This document shows positions 9,868 to 21,900 of a DNA stretch of 64,000 bases, in pieces (the first letter of the stretch is position 1; every line of letters starts with the position of its first letter). A model generated the notes under the pieces. The model ran no database searches and was not told where the DNA came from. It was given only the letters and a program-made list of their open reading frames with translations. Position numbers and translations under genes: made by a program. The DNA is from Candidatus Sumerlaeota bacterium (lineage in GTDB: Bacteria > Sumerlaeota > Sumerlaeia > Sumerlaeales > Sumerlaeaceae), in assembly GCA_012513815.1 (NCBI GenBank), contig JAAZBM010000014.1:376568-440567 (forward strand), written 5' to 3'.

Positions 9868-10677
9868 ATGCCGACTTTTCAAATCATTGTCTGCGCGGGG
9901 ATCGTTCCCGAACCATTGCAAACTCTCGAACCGGTCGAAAATGCCGGGAAATACGCACTCAAGAACGAAGCGATGCTGCCGATGATTATCGACCCGTGGG
10001 GAATGCACGCACTCTACGAAGCTGCTCACTTGTCGAAGACTTACCCCGGATCAAAAATCTACCTCGTTGTCGCTGCTCCCAAAGGCAAACTTCAACAGGT
10101 CATGATGACAATCGCGCAAAAAGTGCCCTTTGAACTCATCGCCATTGACACACCTGCCGGAGGATTTACCGAAGCTTACGAAGTCGCCAAGGCACTCGAA
10201 CAGGCAATCAAATCCATTCCCGCGCTCGACATGAGCCAAACACTGCTCTTTGGCGGATGGGAAAGCGCCTCACGTTGCTCCGGCGCGACGATGCAAATGC
10301 TAGGCGAAATGCTCGGCATTACAGAGCAATTCCAAGGCGTAGACACATTAACGGTCAAAGAAGACGGCTCGTTTGAAATCATGGAACGTGTCGAAGGAGG
10401 ACTTCACCAAAAAAGCACCTTCGACAAACTACCCGCCGTTCTGGGTTGGGCAACAGGTGACCTGCCCGAGCCTCCGAATAATCCGCAAATCGGAATGATG
10501 AATATGCGTGGAATCATGCCGTCCATCATGAAAGCGAAAAAAGAAGACTTGCCCAATGAAGGCATAGAACTCAAATCATGCGAAGTCCCCAAAGCTCTGA
10601 GGGAAACGAAAATCGTTGACAATATGACCGAAGAAATGATTGCCAATGAAATCTTTACATGGATTAAAAAGGACTAA
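9868..10677 (+). CDS. Electron transfer flavoprotein beta subunit-like
   Basis: IIVCAGIVP, IDPW..HAL.EA, LLFGGWES, ERVEGG, LPAVL correspond to divergent EtfB motifs. Confidence 0.75.
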   Translation: MPTFQIIVCAGIVPEPLQTLEPVENAGKYALKNEAMLPMIIDPWGMHALYEAAHLSKTYPGSKIYLVVAAPKGKLQQVMMTIAQKVPFELIAIDTPAGGFTEAYEVAKALEQAIKSIPALDMSQTLLFGGWESASRCSGATMQMLGEMLGITEQFQGVDTLTVKEDGSFEIMERVEGGLHQKSTFDKLPAVLGWATGDLPEPPNNPQIGMMNMRGIMPSIMKAKKEDLPNEGIELKSCEVPKALRETKIVDNMTEEMIANEIFTWIKKD

Positions 10678-10679
10678 TA

Positions 10680-11699
10680 ATGGAAAGAATACTTTGCCTT
10701 TTACATACTCAATCTGACGGAACACTGTCCCAACTTGCTTTGGAAACATTAACAGTATCCTCCACGACGGCGGCACAGCTTCCCGACGCAGTCCTCCTTG
10801 TTGGCATACTCGGCACAGCCACACAACAAGCCGCCACACAAATCGGCTCATGCGGCGCAAATCAATTCTTTATCGCCGAAGACCCGGCACTCGAGAAGGG
10901 GTCCTACCACAACGACACAAACGCCGCCGAAGCAATCGCCAAAGCAGCCCAAGCGACCATCATCTTCGCACCGGCAGACTCCCGATTCAACAGAATGATT
11001 TCCGGCATGGCGATCCGCCTCAACGGCCGCGCCGACACACATGCAGTCGCTGTCGCGGCGGACAATGGGACGTTGACGATTTCCCGTTGGTACTATCGCC
11101 AAAGAATCATCGCGCAGCAAACACGACAACAACGCCCTTGGGTTATTTCGATTGAATCGGATACCGCTGCCCCATGGAAGGGCGACAGCAAAACCGTTGA
11201 CGCAACGACCGTCTCATTCGCCGTCGACGCAAACACGAAAGTCATCGGCACAATCGCACCTGAAAACACAGTTCAGACGATTAAGCCCGACTCGCCCCTG
11301 CTCTTTGTCGCGGGCGCCGGGTGGTGCAAGAAACAATCCGACGGACAGACACATCTGCTCGAAGCGGAATCGCTCATTTTGGATTTTGTCAACAGAAGCG
11401 GAGCCTCGCTCGGAAGCTCGAAGTCCCTTGTCGACCAAAACAGCGAAGGCGAAGCGGTCCTCGGATGCCTCACGCACATGAACCAAGTCGGGCAAACCGG
11501 CAGCACACCGCGCCACCCAAAAGGCTTGGCAACTTGCTGCCATGGCGAAGAACCGCACACTGTCGGATGGCGCTTCATCACACAGCGACGAGCCATCAAC
11601 ACAGATGCGAACTGCGGATGGGCGCGAGGCAAAACGGATGTCCTATACGTGGCAGATGCATTTAAAGTCATGAAAATCCTTAACGATTTATTGAAATAG
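10680..11699 (+). CDS. Electron transfer flavoprotein alpha subunit-like
   Basis: GASLGSSKSLVD, QVGQTG, AINTD, D..YVADAFKV; paired with the beta-like gene. Confidence 0.8.
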   Translation: MERILCLLHTQSDGTLSQLALETLTVSSTTAAQLPDAVLLVGILGTATQQAATQIGSCGANQFFIAEDPALEKGSYHNDTNAAEAIAKAAQATIIFAPADSRFNRMISGMAIRLNGRADTHAVAVAADNGTLTISRWYYRQRIIAQQTRQQRPWVISIESDTAAPWKGDSKTVDATTVSFAVDANTKVIGTIAPENTVQTIKPDSPLLFVAGAGWCKKQSDGQTHLLEAESLILDFVNRSGASLGSSKSLVDQNSEGEAVLGCLTHMNQVGQTGSTPRHPKGLATCCHGEEPHTVGWRFITQRRAINTDANCGWARGKTDVLYVADAFKVMKILNDLLK

Positions 11700-11925
11700 T
11701 TTTTCAATTTGTAAATCGAGCCAAACGAAGCATTTTTGTCCTATACTAACGAATAGGAGATAAATGAAACTTGTTAAAATCTAATAACCAAAAACACACG
11801 CAATCTGAGGTCAAGTAACATATTATTGCTCACGATTTTCTGGAAATCAGGTATCATAATATATATAATGAAAAAATCAACCAGATTAGCTACCATGACT
11901 GAATTAATACTTGCGTTGATGTGCT

Positions 11926-13722
11926 TTGTCGGCAGACACAAGGAGAAGTCAGGAATTGCGTAGACATCGATTCGACAACGAGTATTCCGAACTGTTTTCT
12001 CTTGGACAGAAACAAGGTCATGTGACCATGGACGACATTGATAAAGCAATGGCCCATGCCCCATCCGCCCAAGAGCTAGAATCCGTTTTGGAACTCCTGA
12101 GCGCTCGGAACATCGAAGTCATGGAAGAACTCGATAAGGACGAATCTGATTTCCAAAGAGAGACAAAACAAGTTATCGATGACAGAAACACTCTCCTTAA
12201 TCCTGACGATGACGACAAGGATAAAAAGGTTAACGACGACTCGGTACGTTCCTATCTCGCAGACATGGGCAAAGTACCAATGTTAACCCCCGAGGAAGAG
12301 AACGCCCTCGCCCAAGAAATCGAAAAAGGAAGAAACACTGTTCTTAAGGCTCTCTCCGGAACAATTTTGGTCGGTCAGGAGTTCCGGATTATCCTCAAAA
12401 AAATCGAAGAGAAAAAAATCACGCTCAACGAGATTCTCAGACGTCACGCTGATGACTCAGATTCAAAATCATGGAAGGCAATCTTCGAAGAAGTACAAAC
12501 CGCTTTCACGGCAATCAGTCAGGCCTACGATAACATTGGACGAGCGCTTGAAACAATCTCCATGACTGATGTGCCTGAGGAAATAGCAAAAGCGAAGAAG
12601 TCTATCGAATCGCAGAAGAAGAAAATATACAAACTGTTCATCAAAACAGACTTGAGTTTCAACATCACTCAACTTATCGCAAAAGGAGTCAAGCAAACCT
12701 TCAAAGACATGGAGGTTCTGCAGACTGAAATTCAGACAATTCTCGCAAAAATAGCACTCCCCGAAGTTGAAATCCGCAGACTTGTCAAGATGACCCGCAA
12801 AAACTCACCTGAAGCTGATGCCCTGAAAAAGGAACGGGGATTTTCGCTCGAAGATTTAATCGAAGACGACAAGTGTCTGCGCAAAATGCACAAAACCATG
12901 GCGAAGTACGAGAGAACGGTCGGGAATTCTTTCGAAGAATTTGCCGAACTTATCCGTGAAATCGACGAGGGAGAGCGCAAAGCGAATCGTGCCAAGAGCA
13001 AAATAGTCGAATCGAATTTGCGGTTGGTCGTGTCGATCGCAAAAAAGTATACGAACAGAGGATTGCAGTTCCTTGACCTCATCCAAGACGGAAATATCGG
13101 GCTTATGCGCGCCGTCGACAAATTCGAGCACAACCGCGGATTCCATTTTTCGACATACGCCTCGTGGTGGATTAAACAGGCCATCGCAAGAGCAATTGCA
13201 GACCAAGCGCGCACCATTCGCATCCCGGTACACATGGTCGAAACCATCAACCGTCTCTCGAGAATCCACAGGGATTTGGTTCAGGAACTCCACAGGGAAC
13301 CCACCAACGAAGAACTGGCTGACAAAGCCGGATACAGTATCGAAAAGGTCAACAAGATTTTTCGGGCGGCACAAACGCCAATCTCGATTGAATCGCCTAT
13401 TGGCAACGAAGGCGAATCCACTGTCGTCGACCTCATCCAAGACCCTGACGCGGTCAGCCCGGTATCGCTCGCGGCGAATCTCTTGAGAACCGAACGAATC
13501 AACGAGGTGTTCAAAACACTGACGGAACGCGAAGCAAAAGTCCTGCGCCTGAGATTCGGTATCGGCAACAACGGTGTTCAACGCACACTTGAAGAAGTCG
13601 GCACAATCTTCAATGTCACACGTGAACGTGTCCGCCAGATTGAAACCAAAGCACTGCTGAAACTGCGGCATCCGGCACGGCGTGCCAAACTTGTCGATCT
13701 TTTGAACGAAGATAATGACTAA
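11926..13722 (+). CDS. rpoD: RNA polymerase primary sigma-70 factor
   Basis: Region 1.1, DSVRSYL, non-conserved region, [44 protein letters not shown]. Confidence 0.97.
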   Translation: MSADTRRSQELRRHRFDNEYSELFSLGQKQGHVTMDDIDKAMAHAPSAQELESVLELLSARNIEVMEELDKDESDFQRETKQVIDDRNTLLNPDDDDKDKKVNDDSVRSYLADMGKVPMLTPEEENALAQEIEKGRNTVLKALSGTILVGQEFRIILKKIEEKKITLNEILRRHADDSDSKSWKAIFEEVQTAFTAISQAYDNIGRALETISMTDVPEEIAKAKKSIESQKKKIYKLFIKTDLSFNITQLIAKGVKQTFKDMEVLQTEIQTILAKIALPEVEIRRLVKMTRKNSPEADALKKERGFSLEDLIEDDKCLRKMHKTMAKYERTVGNSFEEFAELIREIDEGERKANRAKSKIVESNLRLVVSIAKKYTNRGLQFLDLIQDGNIGLMRAVDKFEHNRGFHFSTYASWWIKQAIARAIADQARTIRIPVHMVETINRLSRIHRDLVQELHREPTNEELADKAGYSIEKVNKIFRAAQTPISIESPIGNEGESTVVDLIQDPDAVSPVSLAANLLRTERINEVFKTLTEREAKVLRLRFGIGNNGVQRTLEEVGTIFNVTRERVRQIETKALLKLRHPARRAKLVDLLNEDND

Positions 13723-13749
13723 ACACAATAACTCAGAAATCGGACAATC

Positions 13750-14493
13750 ATGAACTCTTTTACGCTTATCCCCGCTATTGACATAATGGACGGGCAATGC
13801 GTCCGCCTCCAACAAGGAGATGCCCAACGACGCACAAATTATCCCGATGCCCCGGCGGTAGTCGCTCAAGCCTTCCAGAAGGAAGGCGCAAGTCGGTTGC
13901 ACATCGTTGACCTTGACGGCGCATTTGCGGGCAAACCGGCCAATCTGGCGACCATCAAATCCATCCGCGACGCAGTCACCATCACTGTCGAAGTGGGCGG
14001 CGGCATCAGAACCGAAGAGGACATCAAAAACTACCTCGACATTGGCGTTGACCATGTGATTATCGGAACGCGCGCACTCGAAGACAAACGCTTCCTCGGC
14101 GAGATGGTGCGCAAATTCGGAGCGTCCAAAATCATTATTGGCGCGGATGCGCGCAACGGATATCTCTCCACAAGAGGATGGACATCGGACTCCAAGATTC
14201 TGGCCATCCCATTCTTGCAGGAAGTCGTCGCTCAGACGGGCGTCGGCACGGTTATTTTCACTGACATAGCACGAGACGGCATGTTCAACTCGCCTAACTT
14301 TGACGCACTCGAAAAGGTCTGCGGCATCGGAAATCTCCAAGTTATTGCCTCCGGAGGTGTAGGTAGTGATAAAGACATTCGTTCTTTGATTCAACTCAAG
14401 CAGCCTAATTTGATTGGAGCAATCGTCGGAAAGGCCATTCATGACGGCAGATTATCTCTGCATGACGCTCTGAAAGCTGCAAACAACATATAA
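13750..14493 (+). CDS. hisA: ProFAR isomerase
   Basis: IPAIDI..GQCVRL.QG, LHIVDLDGA, EVGGGIR, TDIARDGM, IASGGV. Confidence 0.96.
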   Translation: MNSFTLIPAIDIMDGQCVRLQQGDAQRRTNYPDAPAVVAQAFQKEGASRLHIVDLDGAFAGKPANLATIKSIRDAVTITVEVGGGIRTEEDIKNYLDIGVDHVIIGTRALEDKRFLGEMVRKFGASKIIIGADARNGYLSTRGWTSDSKILAIPFLQEVVAQTGVGTVIFTDIARDGMFNSPNFDALEKVCGIGNLQVIASGGVGSDKDIRSLIQLKQPNLIGAIVGKAIHDGRLSLHDALKAANNI

Positions 14494-14508
14494 AGAAAGG
14501 GTAGAATA

Positions 14509-14826
14509 ATGGCTAACGCATTTACTGACAACAATTTTAAGGCAGAAGTCCTCGAAGTAAAAGGACTTGTTCTCGTCGACTTTTGGGCAACATGGTGCGG
14601 ACCTTGCATGATGCTGTCTCCCATTATTGACGCACTGGCACAGGAATACGAAGGGAAAATCAAAGTCGGAAAAGTCGATGTCGACCAGAATTCCGATGTT
14701 GCGACCGCCTATGGTATCTCATCGATTCCATGCCTGTTACTTTTCAAGGATGGTGAACTTATCGACAGAAAAGTCGGAGCCGCACCAAAAGCTCAACTTA
14801 AAATCTGGCTTGATAGCAAACTCTAA
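14509..14826 (+). CDS. trxA: Thioredoxin
   Basis: [11 protein letters not shown] active site, SIP cis-proline. Confidence 0.97.
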   Translation: MANAFTDNNFKAEVLEVKGLVLVDFWATWCGPCMMLSPIIDALAQEYEGKIKVGKVDVDQNSDVATAYGISSIPCLLLFKDGELIDRKVGAAPKAQLKIWLDSKL

Positions 14827-14858
14827 ACAACACATTTAGTCTTCAAGAGGTATTAATT

Positions 14859-15638
14859 ATGCTTACCAAACGTGTTATACCCTGTCTCGATGTCAAAGAC
14901 GGTCGAGTCGTCAAAGGTGTCAATTTTGTTAATCTCATCGACGCGGGCGACCCCGTCGCTTGTGCGAAAGCATATGACGCGGCCGGCGCTGATGAACTCG
15001 TGTTCCTCGACATTGCCGCAACCAACGAAGGACGTGGCACCACAATCGAAATGGTGCGCAAAACAACTGCCGAAGTGTTTATCCCGGTCACGGTGGGCGG
15101 CGGAATTCGCAACATCAGCGACATAACGGAAATTCTGCGAGCCGGAGCCGACAAAGTCTCGCTCAATACGGTGGCGGTGGAAAACCCCGAAATCGTCAAG
15201 GAAGCATCACAACGCTTTGGCAGCCAGTGTATCGTTGTTGCCATCGACGGCAAACGCGCTGAGCCGGGCAAGGAATTCGCCTACGAAGTCTACACCCATG
15301 GCGGACAAAAAGCCCGTAATATCGATGCGGTTGCATGGACACAAAAAATGGAAAAATACGGAGCCGGCGAAATCCTCCTCACCAGTATGGATCGCGACGG
15401 AACAAAAATCGGCTACGACTTGGAGATGACAGCAGCCATCTCGGAAGCGGTTGGGATTCCCGTCATCGCGTCCGGCGGCGTAGGAAGCTTGCAGGACTTC
15501 GTTGACGGCATCAAAATCGGCAAAGCCGACGCTGTACTCGCGGCATCCATTTTCCACTTTGGAACCTTTACCGTTCAGCAAGTCAAGGACTACATGGCGA
15601 ACGCAGGCATCCCGGTACGCACCAAAAAGCAAAAGTGA
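14859..15638 (+). CDS. hisF: Imidazole glycerol phosphate synthase cyclase subunit
   Basis: [42 protein letters not shown]. Confidence 0.98.
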   Translation: MLTKRVIPCLDVKDGRVVKGVNFVNLIDAGDPVACAKAYDAAGADELVFLDIAATNEGRGTTIEMVRKTTAEVFIPVTVGGGIRNISDITEILRAGADKVSLNTVAVENPEIVKEASQRFGSQCIVVAIDGKRAEPGKEFAYEVYTHGGQKARNIDAVAWTQKMEKYGAGEILLTSMDRDGTKIGYDLEMTAAISEAVGIPVIASGGVGSLQDFVDGIKIGKADAVLAASIFHFGTFTVQQVKDYMANAGIPVRTKKQK

Positions 15639-15647
15639 TTGCGGAAT

Positions 15648-15896
15648 ATGATTACTGAAATCAAGATGCCCGCACTCAGCGATGCGATGACGCATGGTAA
15701 ACTCCTGTGTTATCTGGTGCAGTTGGGTCAAACGGTCACAAAAGGACAACCTGTCGCCGAAGTCGAAGCTGACAAGGCAAACATTGAAATCGAAGCACCG
15801 GCGGACGGCAAAATCGTCCGTCTCTGCGCCTCTGTCGACGAAGTGGTGCCGGTGAACAACACCCTAATCCAAATCGAATCCCAACAGAAATCCTGA
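15648..15896 (+). CDS. Stand-alone lipoyl (biotin/lipoyl attachment) domain protein
   Basis: EIKMPALSDAM..G and EVEADKANIEIEAP (lipoyl-Lys in DKA); ends after one domain. Confidence 0.9.
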   Translation: MITEIKMPALSDAMTHGKLLCYLVQLGQTVTKGQPVAEVEADKANIEIEAPADGKIVRLCASVDEVVPVNNTLIQIESQQKS

Positions 15897-16032
15897 TTGA
15901 CTAACGAACGGCGAGTGCTAAATGGCATGACAAAACAGTTTTGCAAAGGACAATGATACTGCGGTGACGCACATATCGCCAACATTGTTAAGACTTAGCA
16001 TTCCAATGGCTATGGGCTTATTTACGCCGGAA

Positions 16033-17385
16033 ATGATCGACAACAAACGCTTCGATCTCATCGTCATTGGTGGCGGACATGCAGGCTGTACTCTTGCGTC
16101 CGATGCAGCCGAAGCCGGGCTTAGAACCGCATTAATCGAGGGGAGCAGCAACGGCCTCGGAGGAGCAGCAACACACGAGACTACAATCCCTGTACATAAT
16201 ATGATTGCCGACCTCTTCACCTATGACCACGCAATCGTCAGCCGCGAACAACCGCAGGCGTATCACAAATGGCTCGTGGACGATTTGACCAAGAAAAAGG
16301 TGACTCTCATAAAGGCGTGGGGACAGATTTCTGCCGTCGACGAAGTGCTCATGGTCAACACGAAAACCGGTATGAGTGAGGGAGCGATACACGGGCACAA
16401 TATTGTTATCGCAACCGGAACAGCGCCCGCACTGACAGCCGACTTGGCAATAACAGACTCGCGAATTGTCCGAATACCGGCTGCCATCGCAACGATTCCG
16501 ACCCACTCACCACGCAGCATTCTCGTCTACGGGTGTAACCAAACCGCAATTGAATGCGCAACAATTCTTGCCGCGCAAAAACACCAAGTGATTCTTTGTT
16601 CTGAATCGGAAGTTATCCTCCCAGATGCGCCGCAGCCCATCCAAGAAATTGCCCTCTCACTTCTCGAACGTCTCGGAATTCGTCTGTGCATGGATATCTT
16701 CAGCCTCACGCTCACCGACACAAACACCGACAGCATCGTCTTGGAGTTGGAGAATGCCGCCTACACCGAAACGGTCATGATTCATCATCTGATTGACTGC
16801 GGAGGACGGCGCTGCGCTAGCGAGAATCTCTGCTCTCGTGAGCTTGGCATTCGCGTTGCATCCGGCGACCAACGCATCGTCATTGATGCGCTCTGTCGGA
16901 CCTCCGCCAAAAGAATTTTCGCTCTGGGAAGCGTCACGAACTCTGAGATGACACCCGACACCGCACAACAATCTGCCCACGCGTTAGCCTCATTCCTGTC
17001 CGGGGAAACGCAAGGCTGCCCAAACTTGGTTGAAACGCCGCAAACGCAAACGCTGTGGCTCAACGAACCAATCGCATGGGTCGGCATGGATTGCACTCAG
17101 GCACTGGTAAACGGTCACATAAACGCAGTGGAAGGATTTGTCAATCTGACAAATGAATTCTCCACGCCGCAACGCACCGGATTGCTCTCCATGACCATCG
17201 ACTTGGCGACCGGAAAAATCCTCGGGGCCTATGCGTTGGGACATGCGTCCGAGACTCTTATACGCCTCGTACAATCGCTCATGCGATTCGAAATCAACGC
17301 CGCCACACTGGCTCAGGGAGCATGGGACCCAGCCATAACCGCAGCCGTCAGAGACGCACTGAATCGGGGCGACAAACAAGAATGA
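16033..17385 (+). CDS. Dihydrolipoamide dehydrogenase-like flavoprotein, catalytic motifs degenerate
   Basis: FDLIVIGGGHAG, IATG, IFALG, TGKILGA retained; redox cysteines absent; start uncertain (15964-16033). Confidence 0.75.
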   Translation: MIDNKRFDLIVIGGGHAGCTLASDAAEAGLRTALIEGSSNGLGGAATHETTIPVHNMIADLFTYDHAIVSREQPQAYHKWLVDDLTKKKVTLIKAWGQISAVDEVLMVNTKTGMSEGAIHGHNIVIATGTAPALTADLAITDSRIVRIPAAIATIPTHSPRSILVYGCNQTAIECATILAAQKHQVILCSESEVILPDAPQPIQEIALSLLERLGIRLCMDIFSLTLTDTNTDSIVLELENAAYTETVMIHHLIDCGGRRCASENLCSRELGIRVASGDQRIVIDALCRTSAKRIFALGSVTNSEMTPDTAQQSAHALASFLSGETQGCPNLVETPQTQTLWLNEPIAWVGMDCTQALVNGHINAVEGFVNLTNEFSTPQRTGLLSMTIDLATGKILGAYALGHASETLIRLVQSLMRFEINAATLAQGAWDPAITAAVRDALNRGDKQE

Positions 17386-18047
17386 TTATTGAAAGCGTAT
17401 GGTGGGGAAGAACGCAATACATGGACGCATTGGTGCAAATGAACCAAATGCAGGCCGATGTCATCGCGGGCAAGTGTCCAAGCACAATCATCTATACCGA
17501 ACACAACCCGGTCATTACGTGCGGGCGTAACACTCCCCCAAACCAGATTTTCTCAAAATCGATTCCAACCGTCGAAGTCAATCGAGGAGGCCTCGCGACA
17601 TGGCACGGCCCCGGACAGCTCATCGCCTACCCGGTCATCAACCTTCGCAAAGTAACGCAAAACAACATCGACCTCCACGGGTTTCTCAGAAATATTGAAC
17701 TCGGAATCATTGCGTTTTTATCAGAGCAGTTTAGCATCCGAGCCAAGCAAAGACCGCAATTCACCGGCGTCTGGATTGACACCGACGCCCCCGTGCAACG
17801 CAAAATCGCCTCCATCGGCATATCCGTTCGCCGCTTCGTCACCGCTCACGGACTGGCGCTCAACATTAACCCCTCAATGGAAGCATTCGAGAACATCATC
17901 CCCTGCGGACTTACGGGAATTCAAATGACATCGGTCGCCCAAGAAATCGGTACAACGACGGCCGCGACAACATCACTTGACCTTGAAAAGCTCTACCCTA
18001 CACTACATCAATCACTACTGAGAACTATCATCCACAATGACAACTGA
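17382..18047 (+). CDS. lipB: Octanoyltransferase
   Basis: EH.PV.T.GR, RGG..TWHGPGQL..YP, KIASIG, HGLALN, IIPCG. Confidence 0.96.
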   Translation: MIIESVWWGRTQYMDALVQMNQMQADVIAGKCPSTIIYTEHNPVITCGRNTPPNQIFSKSIPTVEVNRGGLATWHGPGQLIAYPVINLRKVTQNNIDLHGFLRNIELGIIAFLSEQFSIRAKQRPQFTGVWIDTDAPVQRKIASIGISVRRFVTAHGLALNINPSMEAFENIIPCGLTGIQMTSVAQEIGTTTAATTSLDLEKLYPTLHQSLLRTIIHNDN

Positions 18048-18921
18048 GAATAACGCAAACAACACGCAAGCCCAAGGCAAGTTTCCCAGATGGCTCAAGG
18101 CAGTCATGCCGGACGGAGAGACATACCACAATACGGCGGGCATCCTTAAAAACCACGGACTGGTCACCGTCTGTCAGGAAGCGCGATGCCCTAACATCGG
18201 TGAATGCTGGCGCAGACAGACCGCGACGTTCATGATTCTGGGAGAATGCTGCACCCGCCACTGCCGTTTCTGCGCCATCACGCAGAACCAAAAACCATTG
18301 CCTCCGGACCCAACCGAACCAGAGCGCATTGCGAATGCGGTTCGCGATATGAAGTTGACCTATGTCGTCATGACATCCGTCACCCGAGACGACTTGCCTG
18401 ATGGCGGAGCAAAGCATTTTGTGGACTGCACTAACGCCATCAAAAGCGCCACACAACAGGCCAAAGTCGAAGTCCTGACGCCAGACTTTATGGGCAACAA
18501 ACAAGCAATACAAATAGTTGCGGCATCACCCATTTTCGTGTTTAATCACAACATCGAAATGGTCAGTCGCCTCTACAAACAACTTCGCCCCGAGGCCGAT
18601 TATCGCCGTTCGCTCGAAGTTCTCCGCTACGCGAAAACCATCAATCCCGAAATCATCACAAAATCGGGGTTTATGCTTGGCTTAGGCGAAGAGATTTCCG
18701 AAGTTGAGCTACTTATGGCTGACCTACGTGAGGCCGGAGTTACTCACCTCACCATCGGCCAATATCTCTGCGCCAAAGAAGGACGGGCGCCGGTTGCGAG
18801 ATATGTTCATCCCGACGAGTTCACAATGCTCAGGCAGAAAGCCCTTGATATTGGATTCATCTATGTCGACAGTGCCCCACTGGCCAGAAGTTCATATCAC
18901 GCCGAACGGCAGCTACAATGA
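18037..18921 (+). CDS. lipA: Lipoyl synthase
   Basis: CQEARCPNIGEC, CTRHCRFC, DDLPDGGA, RSSY. Confidence 0.98.
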   Translation: MTTENNANNTQAQGKFPRWLKAVMPDGETYHNTAGILKNHGLVTVCQEARCPNIGECWRRQTATFMILGECCTRHCRFCAITQNQKPLPPDPTEPERIANAVRDMKLTYVVMTSVTRDDLPDGGAKHFVDCTNAIKSATQQAKVEVLTPDFMGNKQAIQIVAASPIFVFNHNIEMVSRLYKQLRPEADYRRSLEVLRYAKTINPEIITKSGFMLGLGEEISEVELLMADLREAGVTHLTIGQYLCAKEGRAPVARYVHPDEFTMLRQKALDIGFIYVDSAPLARSSYHAERQLQ

Positions 18922-18994
18922 ATATACCGCATCCCGTCTGTAGCAAATTATATGCAGTATACAACTGCGCCCGCAATGAGATGAGTAAAGTGGA

Positions 18995-21900
18995 ATGGGT
19001 CGCAATAGATACGCGAAAATAATATTATTTACTCTCATAATACTATCGCTGGTATTAGGAGTTGCTTACCGCACCTCTCCACCGGAGATTCGGGAGAGAG
19101 TCGATGGTTATATCCGCATTGCCGCCTCAAGCATGAGGAACATGGCACTCAAAGCCGAGTTTCGTTTTGTCACGAAGTACTTTGATAAATCTCAAAAGAA
19201 AAAAGACGAGAACGCCAAGGATGATAAAAAGAAGGATAACAAGAACCAAGCATCGGCCACTCTTGTCGGCAGCATCTATGATGAACTCTCAAAGCCTATC
19301 GTTGGCGCAACAGTTACCATTATGGGATTGGGCAAGAATCAGCCTAAAACGCAAACGGACAAGGACGGCAAGTATAAAATCGCCGACATTCCGCCGGGAA
19401 CAGGTCACATCGTGGCGTCACACCCGGGCTTTGTTGCGATGATGCGCCCGCACTTTCCATTCTACAGTTCAAAGGTCGCCTTCGCTGACCTGACCCTACC
19501 CATCGGTTCCAAAATCAACGGCACGGTTCTCGACGAAGAACGCAAACCGCTCAAGAATGTCGAAATACAGGCGCGACACATCGCGGAGGCCATCACTGCA
19601 AGCGGAGGCGACTCGATTGTCTACGCTGACATTGCAAAACAGGAAACATCAAAAGACAACGGCACGTTCTTGATTAAGGGAATGCCGCTTGGCAGCATGG
19701 AAATCACGGCTAAGAAAACGGGGTACGCGAAACTCGTTCAGAAACACGTCGTGACCAAGGACAACGCGACATCGTCTGTCGAGCTAATCCTGAAACGCTC
19801 GGGCATTCTTGACGGACAGATTAAGGATGCGGAAACGGGCGCAGGCATTCCTGACGCGAAAATCACACTGGAAAGTTTCAAACCTTTCGGCGAAAAGGTC
19901 ATGAAGCTCGAGGGCACCAGCTACACCATGCAGTCGCTCAAGCCGGAAGGAAAATTCAGATTTGAGCACCTGTTCGACGAAGGCTTCTACGACATCAAAG
20001 TCGAGCATCCCGACTATGCCCCCTCCACGCAAAAGCTCATTCCATGCGGCACAGAGAAGATGACAATCAATATGGTGCGCGGTTCGGGAATCTCCGGCAA
20101 AGTCACATTGATTGACAGAGTTGGGGACACCGGAGTTGCCGTCTCCATCAACATCGAATCGGTCATCAAGGGAACAACCCTGACACTCCACACCGTCTCG
20201 ACAGAAACCGGAGATTTCAAATTCGACAAACTGCCCTATGGTAGCTACAAGATTTGGGTCAACAGCAAACAATACTCCTGTCTTGACTATCCCCCGATTA
20301 ACTGCGAAGCCGGCAAACCACCCATCGATAATGTTGTTCTCGAAGCTTACCAGATTTGTTCCATTTCCGGACGTGTCATCAGCGCCGAAAACGGCATGCC
20401 CATCCCCGAAGCGACGGTGACAATCAACAGCATTTTTGGCAAGAACAAACAACAGTCCAAGAAGTTCATGACAAAAACATCTTCCATGGGTAAATTCGTT
20501 TTCGAGAAACTCCCAAGTGGACAGCACACCGCAACGGCCGAAGCCAAAGGATTCGTACAAACTAATTTCGGCACTTCCGCCGAAACGTTTTATCTGCTAC
20601 CGGGCGAATCCAAAAACGACCTCACGCTGCAACTCTACAAAGGCGGAACGGTAGATGGGCGCGTGCTTGATGCCAACGGGTCTGCCGTGAAAGACGCCGA
20701 TGTCCAACTCTATGTGGCATCAACCAACAAACGGAATCTCGACACGTCGAAACTCGTCGCGAAATCCAACGAGAACGGATGGTACACCATCACGGGCATC
20801 GATGTCGGCGACCATCTGCAACTCTACGCAAGCGCCCGAGCCGAAGAACGACACGCCAAAGGCGTCAGCAATATCATTGACCTGACAGCGGCCGTCCCAT
20901 CCGCAACGGCGGATATCATCATGCCGAACGGCGGCACTGTCCAAGGAAGAGTCACAGATATGAACGGCATCCCCATCGCGGAAGCTCAGGTCTCATGGCA
21001 CTCCGGTAACTTCCCCGGCGATCCATCGCCATCCGGCGGCAAAGTCTCGACGGAAAGCAACGGAACCTATCGTATCACGCACCTCCCACCCGGAAGAATA
21101 TCGCTGAACGTCAGCCGCTCCGGATATGTCGGTCAGGGCAGAGGCGTCAATGTCAAAGACAATCAGGTGTTGGCGGGCATTGACTTCAAACTAAAAACGG
21201 GAAAAACTATCACGGGTGTTGTCATGACTGCGGAAGGGAATCCGATTCCGAACGCGAATGTGAGAACGTCCGGAATCTCGGGAGCACAAGGTGGAGACTC
21301 GGCGAACACGGACAAGGACGGAAAGTTCACGCTCGGCAATCTCGGCGAAGGTTCGTTCAAACTCAACGCGACCTTCTCCATCAACACGCAGGAAGGAAAC
21401 CAGAATTACAACTTCTTTGTGACCCCAATCAAGGCCGGTAGCGAGGGCGTCCTCATCGAGTGCGACGTCGACAACTCCGCATCCACAATTGTCGATGCGG
21501 CCGGATCCGGAAGAAAGATTCAGAACTTCTTCTTCCGTTTCGCATCGCTGCCAAACATCAAAGGGCTGGACTTTTCCGTCACAGTACAACGTAGTGTGGC
21601 AAACACGAACGGACTCCTTAAGATATCGAACATCCCACGCGGCGTTTACAAATTGACTGTCACCGCCGATGGATACGAAAAATGGGAAGACGAATCCGTG
21701 TACATCGGACCGAACAGGAGAACCAGTATGCCCAAAGTCCATCTCGAAGCATCGGGTGGCATCATGGGTAAAGTCGTCTCGAACAAAACAGGACGACCCG
21801 TGAACGGTGTGCGTGTCTCTGCGTTTGAGCAAACAAGCATCGAACAGACAGGCAAAGGAAACAAAGGATACACGCATGTGGCAACCGTCAACACGGACTA

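Noticed and set aside
12856..14442. 528-aa antisense ORF and similar long shadow ORFs (e.g. 36199-37002, 39346-40161, 44527-45441)
   Set aside because: They lie opposite well-supported genes and have no recognisable motifs; explained by codon bias
15895..15921. CIRCE element before the E3-like gene
   Set aside because: Right arm GAGTGCTAA is perfect but the left arm matches only 3 of 9 positions; no CIRCE upstream of dnaJ either
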